DNA of 64,000 bases from Vicinamibacterales bacterium (GTDB taxonomy: Bacteria > Acidobacteriota > Vicinamibacteria > Vicinamibacterales > UBA2999). Position numbers and translations under genes: made by a program. The notes under the pieces were generated by a model. The model saw only the letters and a program-made list of their open reading frames with translations. It was not told where the DNA came from and ran no database searches. The stretch covers positions 482-64,481 of the forward strand of contig DASTZI010000221.1 in assembly GCA_035764385.1 (NCBI GenBank), written 5' to 3'. Shown piece after piece: positions 27,543 to 36,956 of the stretch (position 1 is its first letter; the number at the start of each line of letters is the position of its first letter).

Positions 27543-29503
27543 GCGATTTGAGGAATGGAATGCGCGAGTACGCGACGGAATTGCTCGACGAGCCCAGGCA
27601 CGTCGAGACGGTGATAGGCAAGCACCTCATCGTTGGTGCCGCACTCCGGAAGTTGAGTCACGCCGATTCGAGACACGCGCACCGGAGGAGCCAGTCCGAG
27701 CTCCGCAACTGCGGCCGCAACCATCTCGCCCTGCCCCCCATGGACGTAATGGTTGTCGAGCGTGATCACGGTGCGGCTCTCGTCGATCGTCTGCTTCAGC
27801 CATCCTGCGTCAACGCGATTGAGCCATGGCAAATTGACAAGGCGGATACTCGCACCAGTGCTGCGCTGCAGTTCTTCGGCCGCGTGCCACGCGTTCGACA
27901 ACAGCCACGGGCCGTAGCCGAACACGACGGCGTCCGTCCCCGCACGCACGACCCAACCCTTGCCTGGCTGCACCCGGATGTTCGACGGGTAGGCAAATGG
28001 CAACGGCCACTTGACCGATACCAGCCGGAGATACCCGCTCTCGCTCGTCTGATTCACGAGATAGTCGAGGAGCGCGTGCACCTCAGGCTCGGCGGACGGC
28101 TCGGTCAGGAGGAGATTCGGAACGGCGCTCAACGCGCTGATGTCGCGCACCGATTGGTGAGAATGGCCCGGTCCGCCAGGCAGCACACCGGCGAGTGATC
28201 CGACGTAGATCACCTTTGAACCTTCGCTGCACTGGTTGTAAATCTGCTCATTGGGTCGCGTCGACAGGAAACACGCGAACGAGTGTGCAACCGGCAGCGC
28301 ACCACGGCGCGCCATTCCGCCTGCCATCGACACCATGTCCTGTTCGGCGATCCCGCATTCCACAAAACGTTCCGGGTACTTCGCGGCGAACTCCAGAAGG
28401 CCGCAGTCCTTGATCAGATCCGCGTCGAGGACCATCAGATGCGGATGCTTCTCCGCCTGCTGCACGACGGCCTTTCCGTACGCGGCCACGAGATTGTGGG
28501 TCTCGCGCGGTTCGCGACGCGGGTTACGGATGCGGGTTTCGATCGTCAGCTCGCCCAGTCCAAGGCTGGCGAACGCCGTTCGTGCGCTGGCGAGCAACTC
28601 CTCGAGGCCGTCAACGTACTGCCGTTCGGGAGGCGCACCAGAGTGGAACAGATACAAATCGCCGTCGTTCTTGAGCGCGTTCCAGCCTTCCATGAAGGAG
28701 ACGCCGCGCCCTTTTGTCGTGTCCGCGACAATCGCCTTCGGTCGATCCGTGATTGCATCCAGCGAACGGAACGTCCGCTGAAGTGCGGCCAGGTCGTGGC
28801 CGTCGCATCGCGAGACGTGCCAGCCGAACGCTCGAAGCTTGGCTTCGACATCGCCCAGATCGCTGACGTTGCGCACCCAGGTGTCCGATTGGATCTTGTT
28901 GTGGTCCACGATCGCGACAATCTCGCCAAGTCCCAGGTTCGCGGCCGAACCGAGCGATTCCCAGAACTGCCCCTCTTGAAGCTCACCGTCCCCGGTCAGG
29001 ACGAAGATGCGACGTTCGCGATGCGCAAGGCGATTGGCCAGCGCCATCCCCTTCGCCTTGGAGATCCCCATCCCGAGTGAACCGGTATTGGCCTGGATAT
29101 AGGGCGTCTCGACATGCGGATGTCCGGGCAGACCGCCGATGCGTCGGAGTAGATGAAGCTTGTCGGCTGGCAGCAACCCGAGCCCGAGCAGGACGGAATA
29201 GAGCGCTGGAGCATCGTGCCCCTTCGACGAAAAGAAAATGTCGCATGCGTCGGCGCCCTTCTCGAGGTCGCGCAGCTCATTGAGGAACAACCAGCTCATG
29301 ATCTCGAGCGAGCTGAAACTCGTGCCGATGTGTCCGGACCACGCGCCGGCAATCATGTAGAGCGTGTTGATGCGCGCCAGCGCCGCAAACGCGGCGGCCT
29401 TCAACACCGGATCGGCGTTCGTCCTCACGACGCCCGCAAACTCCGACACCGGTACGAAACGAAGCTCTAAGCTGTCGCCTTGGTCTGTCTGTAAATCGCC
29501 CAT
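27539..29503 (-). CDS. Transketolase-family ThDP enzyme (full-length, N+C fused) embedded in the glycan array
   Basis: GHIGTSFSSLEIM, GSLGMGISKAKG, VLTGDGELQEGQFWES (ThDP motif), then a Pyr/C-terminal half with CGIAEQDMVSMAGG. ATGA overlap with the HAD start. Confidence 0.9.
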   Translation of the reverse strand: MGDLQTDQGDSLELRFVPVSEFAGVVRTNADPVLKAAAFAALARINTLYMIAGAWSGHIGTSFSSLEIMSWLFLNELRDLEKGADACDIFFSSKGHDAPALYSVLLGLGLLPADKLHLLRRIGGLPGHPHVETPYIQANTGSLGMGISKAKGMALANRLAHRERRIFVLTGDGELQEGQFWESLGSAANLGLGEIVAIVDHNKIQSDTWVRNVSDLGDVEAKLRAFGWHVSRCDGHDLAALQRTFRSLDAITDRPKAIVADTTKGRGVSFMEGWNALKNDGDLYLFHSGAPPERQYVDGLEELLASARTAFASLGLGELTIETRIRNPRREPRETHNLVAAYGKAVVQQAEKHPHLMVLDADLIKDCGLLEFAAKYPERFVECGIAEQDMVSMAGGMARRGALPVAHSFACFLSTRPNEQIYNQCSEGSKVIYVGSLAGVLPGGPGHSHQSVRDISALSAVPNLLLTEPSAEPEVHALLDYLVNQTSESGYLRLVSVKWPLPFAYPSNIRVQPGKGWVVRAGTDAVVFGYGPWLLSNAWHAAEELQRSTGASIRLVNLPWLNRVDAGWLKQTIDESRTVITLDNHYVHGGQGEMVAAAVAELGLAPPVRVSRIGVTQLPECGTNDEVLAYHRLDVPGLVEQFRRVLAHSIPQIA

Positions 29504-29512
29504 TGAGTTATC

Positions 29513-29564
29513 GAATCCCGAATTCCCCTCGACTGCGCTCGGGGCAAGCCGAATACTGAATTCC
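29513..29564. repeat. Two pairs of GAAT-heptads (gaatccc gaattcc ... gaatact gaattcc) in the largest intercistronic gap
   Basis: Read directly: 29513-29526 and 29551-29564, separated by 24 nt. The gaatccc unit is the same as in the 15057-15084 array. Confidence 0.7.
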
Positions 29565-29565
29565 G

Positions 29566-30324
29566 TTACGCACGCACAGCGCCGTACGGTTCTTGTACAA
29601 CAGGCGGCAAGCTCACGGCGCCTTCCGCGAGCAGGCGCTCCGCGATCATCCAGTCGTGCGGATCGTTGATGTCGAACCCTTCGTACTTTTCCGTTATGAA
29701 CGGCATCAACACGTCACCTGCGATCGTTCGCTTCTCCAGTACGACGCGCGCCCACGCGAGCTCGAGCGAGGCATTCTGCACGTACACACGAGGCAAGGCC
29801 TGGTACGGCGTGCTGTGCCACGGCTGCGTGCGTGGCTCCGGCTGATCGAGCAGCGGCCGCATCCGGCTGCCCTCGATGACCCACATCTTGCCGGGGTGCT
29901 GTGCGCATAACTCCACCGCGCGCAGCGAATCAACTCCCGCTTCGGGCCCGAACAACTGCCATGCGCGACGAATCGTATCGGCCGTACGGAAGGGACTTGT
30001 CGGCCGCAGAAGCGAAAATGCGTCCCACTGCCGTCCGCGCCGGCCGAGCTCGCGCAGCGTATAGTCCACCCATTCGATATCAGGCGACGTGTCTGTCGCA
30101 AACGCGGCTGGCCGCAGAAACGGCACTTCGGCGCCGTAGTGTCGCGCGATGGCCGCCGTCTCTTCCGAATCGGTCGACACGATCACCGCGTCGAACACGC
30201 CACTCTGAATGGCCGGCGCAATCGTGTAGGCCAGCATCGGATGGCCGTTCAGCAGACGAATGTTCTTGCCAGGGACGCGCTTGGAACCTTGGCGAGCGGG
30301 AATCAGTGCAACGGCGGAAGGCAT
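29566..30324 (-). CDS. CMP-nonulosonic/ulosonic acid synthetase (acylneuraminate cytidylyltransferase family), paralogue 1
   Basis: VALIPARQGSKRVPGKNIRLLNGHPMLAYTI, LLRPTSPFR and YVQNASLE fit the CTP_transf_3 pattern. Confidence 0.9.
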   Translation of the reverse strand: MPSAVALIPARQGSKRVPGKNIRLLNGHPMLAYTIAPAIQSGVFDAVIVSTDSEETAAIARHYGAEVPFLRPAAFATDTSPDIEWVDYTLRELGRRGRQWDAFSLLRPTSPFRTADTIRRAWQLFGPEAGVDSLRAVELCAQHPGKMWVIEGSRMRPLLDQPEPRTQPWHSTPYQALPRVYVQNASLELAWARVVLEKRTIAGDVLMPFITEKYEGFDINDPHDWMIAERLLAEGAVSLPPVVQEPYGAVRA

Positions 30325-30354
30325 TCACATTCGGACGCGCCGCAAAAGCGCGCC

Positions 30355-31863
30355 CTACACCTGATTGGGATTGTGATTGATGTAAACCGTCTTCAAATCG
30401 GAGTAGACGTCCAACGCTTGCGTGCCGGCTTCACGCCACCCATTGCCTGACTGACGGAGGCCCCCAAATGGCATATGTGGCTCGCTGCCGTAGGTGCCGC
30501 CGTTGACCACGGCCACGCCGGCCTGAATGCGGCCGATGAAGGTCATCGCCCTGTGAATATTCTGCGTATGAATCGCCGCGGTAAGCCCGAACGGTGAATC
30601 ATTCGCCAACGCAATGGCTTCCTCGAAATCCCGAACGCGGTACAGACACGTAATGGGGCCGAAGAGCTCGCTGCGGGTGATCTCGTCATTCGGTCCGACG
30701 TGCTCGACGATGGTCGGCGAGACGAAATATCCATCGCCGTACGGAGATCCAGTCAACCGCGCGCCCCCCGTGAGGACGACTGCGCCCGTATCCTTCGCGC
30801 GCGCAACGGCTGCAAGCATGTTGCGCATCTGCTCTTCGTTGATGACCGGGCCGTAATCGTCCGTATCCGCCGTGCCGACCTTGAGCTTCCGCGTCGCCTC
30901 GACCAGCATCGTTTTGAACCGGTCGTAAACGCTGTCGAACACGATGATGCGGCTGCCGGCGGCGCAGCGCTGACCCGCATTGCTGAACGCGGACCCGAGC
31001 GTCCACGTCACCGCGTTGGCTAAATCCGCATCGTCACAGACGATCAACGGATTCTTGCCGCCGAGTTCGAGACAGACTTTTGCCAGCCTCCGCCCGGCGG
31101 TTTCGGCAATCCAACGGCCGACTTCGCACGAACCGGTGAAACTGACAATCGCCACGTCAGGATGCTCGACGAGCGGCGCACCCGCCTCTTCGCCGAACCC
31201 GTGCAGCGTCGTATAGACGCCGTCAGGCACTCCCGCTTCGCGCGCCAGCACGCCAAACGCCCAGGCGGAGAGCGGCGTATCTTCCGCCGCCTTGAGGATC
31301 GCTGCGTTGCCGCACAGCAGCGCGGGAAATGCCTTCCAGGCCACGTTGGCAATGGGCGTATTCGCGGCGATGATGAGCCCGGCCACACCGAGCGGCTGTC
31401 GTACGACCATCGCCGACTTGTTCGGCACCGCGCTGGTCGTCGTCTGGCCATAGAACCGGCGTCCCTCGCCGGCGACGAAGAAGCCCATCTCGATGGCGGC
31501 ATCGGTTTCGCCAAGCGCGTCTTTTCTGGACTTGCCCGTCTCCATCGCAACGAGCCTCGCGATCTCGTCGCGATGCTGGCGCATCAACAGCGCGATCTGC
31601 CTGAGGATGTCGCCGCGTCGAACGACGGTCATCGCTGCCCACGCGGGCTGCGCAGCTTTCGCTGTCTTCACCGCCAGATCGACATCGTCACGTGTGGATC
31701 GCGCAACTTCGCAAAGCGGTTGGCCCGTCGCCGGGTTCATCTTCGTGAATGACCGGCCAACATCGGCCGTCATGTCCACGTGACCGATCTGGTTCGGGAT
31801 TCGCGCTGGTATGACCGAGAGATCGCTGGCCGCCGGTGTCGTCGCTGAAAGATTCGCGTTCAT
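30355..31863 (-). CDS. NAD(P)-dependent aldehyde dehydrogenase
   Basis: Start at MNANLSATT (ATG 31863). Motifs FTGSCEVGRWI, the catalytic-Glu region CLELGGKNPLIV, and the Cys region NAGQRCAAGSRI. Confidence 0.9.
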   Translation of the reverse strand: MNANLSATTPAASDLSVIPARIPNQIGHVDMTADVGRSFTKMNPATGQPLCEVARSTRDDVDLAVKTAKAAQPAWAAMTVVRRGDILRQIALLMRQHRDEIARLVAMETGKSRKDALGETDAAIEMGFFVAGEGRRFYGQTTTSAVPNKSAMVVRQPLGVAGLIIAANTPIANVAWKAFPALLCGNAAILKAAEDTPLSAWAFGVLAREAGVPDGVYTTLHGFGEEAGAPLVEHPDVAIVSFTGSCEVGRWIAETAGRRLAKVCLELGGKNPLIVCDDADLANAVTWTLGSAFSNAGQRCAAGSRIIVFDSVYDRFKTMLVEATRKLKVGTADTDDYGPVINEEQMRNMLAAVARAKDTGAVVLTGGARLTGSPYGDGYFVSPTIVEHVGPNDEITRSELFGPITCLYRVRDFEEAIALANDSPFGLTAAIHTQNIHRAMTFIGRIQAGVAVVNGGTYGSEPHMPFGGLRQSGNGWREAGTQALDVYSDLKTVYINHNPNQV

Positions 31864-31873
31864 TGGCACGTCG

Positions 31874-32728
31874 TTACCAGGCTGTGAATCCGCCGTCGAC
31901 GCGCAGTTCGTGGCCGGTGACGTAGGAGGATGCCGACGAAGCGAGGAAGACGAGTGGACCCGTGAGGTCCTCAGGCTGCGCCATCCGACCAAGCGGCACG
32001 CGTGATCCGTATTTCTCCTTGAACGCCTCGTCCTGTCCACCAGCGACGCCACCCGGCGACAGCGTGTTGACGCGAACGCCGCGAGCGCCCCACAGCGTCG
32101 AAAAATACTTCGTCATGTTGACGACAGCCGCTTTCGACGCACCGTACGCAGGCGACTTCAAAAACGGGAGGTCGCCGGGCAGGTGATCGTAGAAGCGCTG
32201 ATCGGGCGACACGGATGCGTACAGCGATCCAATGTTGATGACCGAACCGCTGCCACGCTCAGCCATCTGAGAGCCGAACACCTGCGTCACCTGGAACGTC
32301 CCCATCAGGTTTACTTCAAGCATCCGGTGGAACTGGTCCATCGGCAGGTTTTCGATCCGTGACCGGGTACCCGCTGAATCCGGCGGTTGATCGACGCCCG
32401 CATTATTCACAAGGATGCTGACGGGACCCATGCGTTCGGCAACCACTGACGCGGCATTCACGATTGATTGCCGATTGGTGACGTCGCAGTCGAACCGTTG
32501 AACCTGGCCAGGCGTGCGCTCCTCGACTTTGCGGAATGCAGGAGAGGCGGAAGCGCCTGGCAGCTCGAGAGCCGCCACCTGCGCCCCCGCATCGATGAGC
32601 GCCTCGATCCAGATCGGCCCCAGTTTGCCGCACGCGCCGGTAACGACTGCGATCTGGCCGTCGAGACGAAACCGATCCCTGTGGGGTCCGCCTTCAGGCG
32701 GACCTGACGAGCGGGACGAGTCTGTCAC
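31874..32728 (-). CDS. Short-chain dehydrogenase/reductase (classical SDR)
   Basis: VVTGACGKLGPIW (TGxxxGxG-like), NNAG, and catalytic YGASKAAV. GTG start with a GTGA overlap. Confidence 0.9.
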   Translation of the reverse strand: MTDSSRSSGPPEGGPHRDRFRLDGQIAVVTGACGKLGPIWIEALIDAGAQVAALELPGASASPAFRKVEERTPGQVQRFDCDVTNRQSIVNAASVVAERMGPVSILVNNAGVDQPPDSAGTRSRIENLPMDQFHRMLEVNLMGTFQVTQVFGSQMAERGSGSVINIGSLYASVSPDQRFYDHLPGDLPFLKSPAYGASKAAVVNMTKYFSTLWGARGVRVNTLSPGGVAGGQDEAFKEKYGSRVPLGRMAQPEDLTGPLVFLASSASSYVTGHELRVDGGFTAW

Positions 32729-33789
32729 GAACGCGCGAACTCGACGTCCGGCTTGCTGAGCACCTCGAAGGTGAGGAAGTCGTCTTCCATCAGCGCCCGG
32801 AGCGTCACGCGACCGAGGACCTTGTCCAGCTCGTATGGCGGGATGCCGCCGCCAGGCGACTTCATGACGATGTCTCCAGGCCCGAGGATGTGTCCACTCG
32901 GCACATCGCGAGCGAGGACGAGGCTCTTGCCCATCTTGGTAATGGGCGCTTTTTCGCTGTCGTAGATCTTCTTGAAGCCGTTGCCGAGCGCCTTGTGCGT
33001 GCGCTCGAGGTCGCGAACCATCTTGCGCAAGCCAACAGGCTCCAGCGAGAACGCGTGATCGGTGCCCTTGCTGGCGCGGTTCAGGGTGAAGTGCTTCTCC
33101 ACGATTCGCGCGCCGAGCATGTAGGCCGCCACGGGCATGGCGATCCCGTTGTCATGGCTCGAAAAGCCGATGACGGCGCCGGGGAACCGCTCGCGGAAGG
33201 TGCTGATGACGCGCAGGTCGAGCTCCTCGAACGCCGCCGGATATCCCGCCGTGCACTGCAGAATGGCGAGCTGCGGGTTGATCGGCATGATCGTGTCGTA
33301 GGCGCGCTGCACGTCGTCGATGACCGCGCCGCCGGTGGAAATGACGACAGGTTTACCGAAGCTCGCGACGTGCCGCAACAGCGGCGTGCTTTTGAGATCG
33401 CCCGAGGCAATCTTGTACGCGGGGACGTCGAGATCACGCAGGAAGTCGGCGCTGGCCAGGTCGAATGCGGTGGAGAAGAAATCGACGCCGAGTTCCGCCG
33501 CGAACGTCTGCAGCTGACGGTACTCCTGCAGGCCGAACTCGAGGAATTCGCGGTGCTCACCGTAGGTTGAACCGAAGCTGTTCTCGTTGTCGTACGGCTT
33601 GTTGTAGGCAGCGCGAGTGTACAGCCCCCGGTTGTCGCGCTTCTGCAGCTTGACCGCGTGCGCGCCGGCGAGTTTCGCTTCGCGGAATAGCTCGCGCGCC
33701 TTATCGAGGTTGCCCTGGTGGTTGTGTCCGATTTCAGCGATGACATAGCACCTGGACTCGTCGCCGATCTCGTGCCGCCCGATTCTCAT
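32725..33789 (-). CDS. NeuB-family ulosonic-acid synthase, sugar-phosphate (animal NANS / Bacteroides Kdn-9-P synthase-like) type, with C-terminal SAF domain
   Basis: Start at MRIGRHEIG (ATG 33789). VIAEIGHNHQGNLDKARELFREAKLAGAHAVKLQK, FGSTYGEHREFLEF, LQCTAGYP, GFSSHDNGIAMPVAA and KGTDHAFSLEP parallel, from memory, human NANS (IIAEIGQNHQGDLDVAK..., WGKTYGEHKRHLEF, LQCTSAYP, GYSGHETGIAISVAA, KGSDHSASLEP). Confidence 0.85.
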   Translation of the reverse strand: MRIGRHEIGDESRCYVIAEIGHNHQGNLDKARELFREAKLAGAHAVKLQKRDNRGLYTRAAYNKPYDNENSFGSTYGEHREFLEFGLQEYRQLQTFAAELGVDFFSTAFDLASADFLRDLDVPAYKIASGDLKSTPLLRHVASFGKPVVISTGGAVIDDVQRAYDTIMPINPQLAILQCTAGYPAAFEELDLRVISTFRERFPGAVIGFSSHDNGIAMPVAAYMLGARIVEKHFTLNRASKGTDHAFSLEPVGLRKMVRDLERTHKALGNGFKKIYDSEKAPITKMGKSLVLARDVPSGHILGPGDIVMKSPGGGIPPYELDKVLGRVTLRALMEDDFLTFEVLSKPDVEFARS

Positions 33790-33811
33790 GGTTCCTGCCA
33801 ATGGTGTCTCC

Positions 33812-34807
33812 CTAGGCTTCAACGACCGGCCGCAGCTGCGCGACCAGCTGATCCCACCCGTAGTCGGCGTGCGCGATCTCCCGCGCGGCGCGACCAATCT
33901 TCTCTGCCTCGTCGTGGTCCGGAAGACGATCGCAGCGATTGATGTCGATGATGTTCTTCGCGTGCACGAGCCCCTGCGGCGAGTGCTGGTCAAGGTTGGT
34001 GATCACCGCGCAGCCGACTTCCATCGCCGCGTTCACCGTCGTGTTGTTCGCGCGCAGCCCTTTTTCGAAGAACGCCGCCAGGAATGTGCAGTCGACCAGA
34101 TGATTGAAGACTGCTGTGTCGGACAGATAGCCCATGAAGTACACGCGGCCGTTGAAGATGGACTGCAGCTCCTCGAAGCGGACGACAAAGGAATCGTCGA
34201 AACTGGTGTTCTCGTGCAGCGCCGTCGAGACGAACACTGAATACGTCTTGCCCGTCGCCTCGAGCAACTCGAGAAGCCTCCGGTAGAGCGGAACCCTGAT
34301 CTTGTGCGCCATCCCGAAGGTGAAGACCTTGATCTCCGTATCGTCGAATCGCTGGGGGTTCAGCAGGGTGCCCGGGCAGAACGCCTCGACAATATCGGGA
34401 CGCGCCGCCCGCAGCTGCTCGAACAGCTCACGATTGCCGCACGAGACGCGGGCAGCGGCAGCAAGCATCCGCTTCTCGAGTGCGGTGTTGTCGAATGCGT
34501 GCAGAAACAGTTCGAATTCGCCGACGTGCCGCTCGATCCAGGTGTCGAGCGCGAGGGCATCTTCGGCGGAAAATTCCGACATCTTCAGCGACAGCAGCGG
34601 CCGGCCGTAACGCGCCAGCTCCGGTGCGCCGATCCGGACAACTGGCAGGTCGAGCCGCCGCGCCAGGATCGCATTGAACTTGGCGATGCCGCACGTCCAC
34701 GGGTTCAGGTGATAACCGGCTATACAGTCGATCAAACGGACCTCAGGTGCTTCGAACTGTTTTGAGTGTGCGGGGAGTGCGCAGCCCAGCCGTTCGGACC
34801 CGCGCAA
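33812..34807 (-). CDS. Hypothetical protein, possible GT-B-type glycosyltransferase
   Basis: 331-aa ORF in the operon frame. The only hint of function is a GT1-like C-terminal pattern (VYFMGYLSD...FLAAFFEKGLRANNTTVNAAMEVGCAVITN). No firm family assignment. Confidence 0.6.
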   Translation of the reverse strand: MRGSERLGCALPAHSKQFEAPEVRLIDCIAGYHLNPWTCGIAKFNAILARRLDLPVVRIGAPELARYGRPLLSLKMSEFSAEDALALDTWIERHVGEFELFLHAFDNTALEKRMLAAAARVSCGNRELFEQLRAARPDIVEAFCPGTLLNPQRFDDTEIKVFTFGMAHKIRVPLYRRLLELLEATGKTYSVFVSTALHENTSFDDSFVVRFEELQSIFNGRVYFMGYLSDTAVFNHLVDCTFLAAFFEKGLRANNTTVNAAMEVGCAVITNLDQHSPQGLVHAKNIIDINRCDRLPDHDEAEKIGRAAREIAHADYGWDQLVAQLRPVVEA

Positions 34808-34816
34808 GTGGCCATT

Positions 34817-35749
34817 CTACTGCAGCTTGGCGGCTTCCCGCTGTCCCGCCATCGCCTCGATCAGATAGGGCGGACGTCGCCGCGTTTCCTCCAGCGCGCG
34901 CCACACGTACTCGCCGACGATTCCGAGGGCGACCAACTGGAACCCGGCGAGGCCGACAATCAACGACAGAACGAGCAGCAGACCTCCACCGAGCTCCGGC
35001 AACAGCGCGACGGCGAACAACAACAACACGAGGGACCCGACCAAGAACATCAACCCGATATAGGTGCAGAGCCGGATTGGAAAGCCCGAGAACGACGTCA
35101 TCGAATCGACGACAAGCTTGATTTTGCGCGCGAGCGTCCATCCGGATTGTCCTGACCGCCGCGGCTGTTTGTCGTACTCGACGCACTCCTGGCGGAAACC
35201 GAGCCACGTGATCAACGCAAGCACGCTGACGTTCCGCTCGGAAAAGCGCCGGAACGCATCGACCACCACGCGATCGACGAGAAAGAAGTCGGCGCCGCGA
35301 GCCGGCATCTCGGTCATTCCGACCAGGCGTCGCATCATCCAGTAATACAGCGCGGCGAATCCCCGGTGCGACGGATCACCGGGCCGGGCCCGCCGCGTTG
35401 CCCACACAACCTGCGCACCCTGACGCCACCGCGCGACCATCGAGGCGAGCGTCTCGGGGGGATCCTGCAGGTCGGCCGCCATCATCACGGCGGCGTCCGA
35501 GTCGACCTGATGAAGGCCGCACGTAATCGCGACGTGCGACCCCGAATTCCGCGAGAGTCGGAAGCCGCGTACACGCGCGTCGCGAAGCGCCAGGGCTTCG
35601 ATCACCGCGAACGTCTCGTCGCGCGAATGGTCGTCGACCACGATCCATTCCCAGTCGCTACCGACATCGCGCATCGCGGCCACGAGACGCTCGTAGAGCA
35701 CCGGCAGGTTAGTGGCTTCGTTGAACGCCGGCGTCACGATGGAGATCAT
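34817..35749 (-). CDS. GT2 polyprenyl-phosphate glycosyltransferase (ArnC/GtrB/DPM1-like) with two C-terminal TM helices
   Basis: ISIVTPAFNEATNLPVLYERL, IVVDDHSRDET, MMAADLQDPPE, then the C-terminal hydrophobic pair (LCTYIGLMFLVGSLVLLLFAVALL / LLLVLSLIVGLAGFQLVALGIVG). Confidence 0.9.
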   Translation of the reverse strand: MISIVTPAFNEATNLPVLYERLVAAMRDVGSDWEWIVVDDHSRDETFAVIEALALRDARVRGFRLSRNSGSHVAITCGLHQVDSDAAVMMAADLQDPPETLASMVARWRQGAQVVWATRRARPGDPSHRGFAALYYWMMRRLVGMTEMPARGADFFLVDRVVVDAFRRFSERNVSVLALITWLGFRQECVEYDKQPRRSGQSGWTLARKIKLVVDSMTSFSGFPIRLCTYIGLMFLVGSLVLLLFAVALLPELGGGLLLVLSLIVGLAGFQLVALGIVGEYVWRALEETRRRPPYLIEAMAGQREAAKLQ

Positions 35750-35753
35750 TCGT

Positions 35754-35781
35754 GATTTCGGATTTGTGATTTGTGATCTAG
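35754..35781. repeat. Heptad repeat gatttcg gatttgt gatttgt gatctag in an intercistronic gap
   Basis: Read directly. It includes the TAG stop (35778-35780) of the aminotransferase and ends 5 nt upstream (minus sense) of the ArnC-like start at 35749. Confidence 0.8.
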
Positions 35782-36953
35782 ACGTCGCGCATGACGCGGG
35801 CGACTGCGTCGATCACCCTGTCCTGATCTTCTTCAGTGAGCTGATGGAACAGCGGAAGGATGATGGTCGTATCCTGCGCCTCCTCGCTCTGGCCGAGGCC
35901 GCCGGCGCTGCGCCAGGTTCCTGCCGGATACGCGCGTTCGCGGTGCGCGTTCATCACCCCGCGGCGGGTGGCGATCCCCGCGTCGAGCATCCGCTGCATG
36001 AACGTCCGCTGATCGATCCAGGCGCCGATGCGGACGGCGTAGCTCTGCCAGTTGCTTCGACCCCACTGCGGCTCGCGGGGCACGACGACACCATCAATGG
36101 ACTGCAGCCGTGCCTCATACCGCGCCGCAAGCTCGCGCCGCCGGGCGATGATCGCTGGCAGGCGCTTCAACTGCTCGCGTCCGATGGCCGCCTGGATGTC
36201 TGTCATCCGGTAGTTGTAGCCAGCAACCACGTATTCCTCGAACACCACTTGCGTGGATGAGTGTCGCACTGCGTCAGGGACATTCATTCCATGCTGCCGC
36301 AACAAACGGAACGCGCGATCGAGGTCGGCGCTCCTCGTGGTCAGCATTCCGCCGTCACCGGTCGACAGCAGCTTTCGCGGATGAAATGAAAAGCACGCGA
36401 TGTCGCCGTGCGGCCTGCCGATGCGCTGCCACGTGCCTTCCCATTCGACTTCACTGCCGATCGCGCATGCGGCGTCTTCGATGAGCGGCAGGCGATGCCG
36501 AGCCGCGATCGCGGTCAGCGCCCGAAGGTCACACGGCATACCGAGCTGGTGCACCACGAGAATCGCTTTCGTCCGTCGTCCGATTGCGGCTTCGACGAGA
36601 CCGGGATCAATGTTCAGGGTCGCCCGATCGATGTCGACGAAGACCGGAATCGCAGCGCAATACCGGATGGCGTTTGCGGTGGCAATAAATGAGTGGCTGA
36701 CGGTGATGACTTCGTCATCCGTGCCGACGCCCAGCGCCACCAGCGCGACATGCAACGCGGTGGTGCAGCTCGACACGGCGCACGCGTGCGGTGCGCCGAC
36801 AGCATCACCGAACTCGCGCTCGAATGCGGCCACCTCTGGCCCCTGCGTGATCCAGCCTGAAAGAATGGCGCGACGCGCCGCCGCTGCCTCCTGCTCGTCC
36901 ATCCACGGACGTGCGACAGGAATGATCGTGCTCACGGCGTTACCGCGAACCAT
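35778..36953 (-). CDS. DegT/DnrJ/EryC1/StrS-family sugar aminotransferase (PLP)
   Basis: PWMDEQEAAAARRAILSGWITQGPEVAAFEREF, VSSCTTALHVAL and FSFHPRKLLSTGDGG (PLP-Lys region). ATG 36953 is preferred over the track's GTG 36959. Confidence 0.9.
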   Translation of the reverse strand: MVRGNAVSTIIPVARPWMDEQEAAAARRAILSGWITQGPEVAAFEREFGDAVGAPHACAVSSCTTALHVALVALGVGTDDEVITVSHSFIATANAIRYCAAIPVFVDIDRATLNIDPGLVEAAIGRRTKAILVVHQLGMPCDLRALTAIAARHRLPLIEDAACAIGSEVEWEGTWQRIGRPHGDIACFSFHPRKLLSTGDGGMLTTRSADLDRAFRLLRQHGMNVPDAVRHSSTQVVFEEYVVAGYNYRMTDIQAAIGREQLKRLPAIIARRRELAARYEARLQSIDGVVVPREPQWGRSNWQSYAVRIGAWIDQRTFMQRMLDAGIATRRGVMNAHRERAYPAGTWRSAGGLGQSEEAQDTTIILPLFHQLTEEDQDRVIDAVARVMRDV

Positions 36954-36956
36954 CGC

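Noticed and set aside
27539-29503. Considered calling the transketolase a housekeeping tkt that merely sits in the cluster
   Set aside because: This is not excluded. However, it is translationally coupled (ATGA at 27539-27542) to the HAD phosphatase inside the array, so it is treated as a pathway candidate. It needs a genome-wide check for a second tkt.
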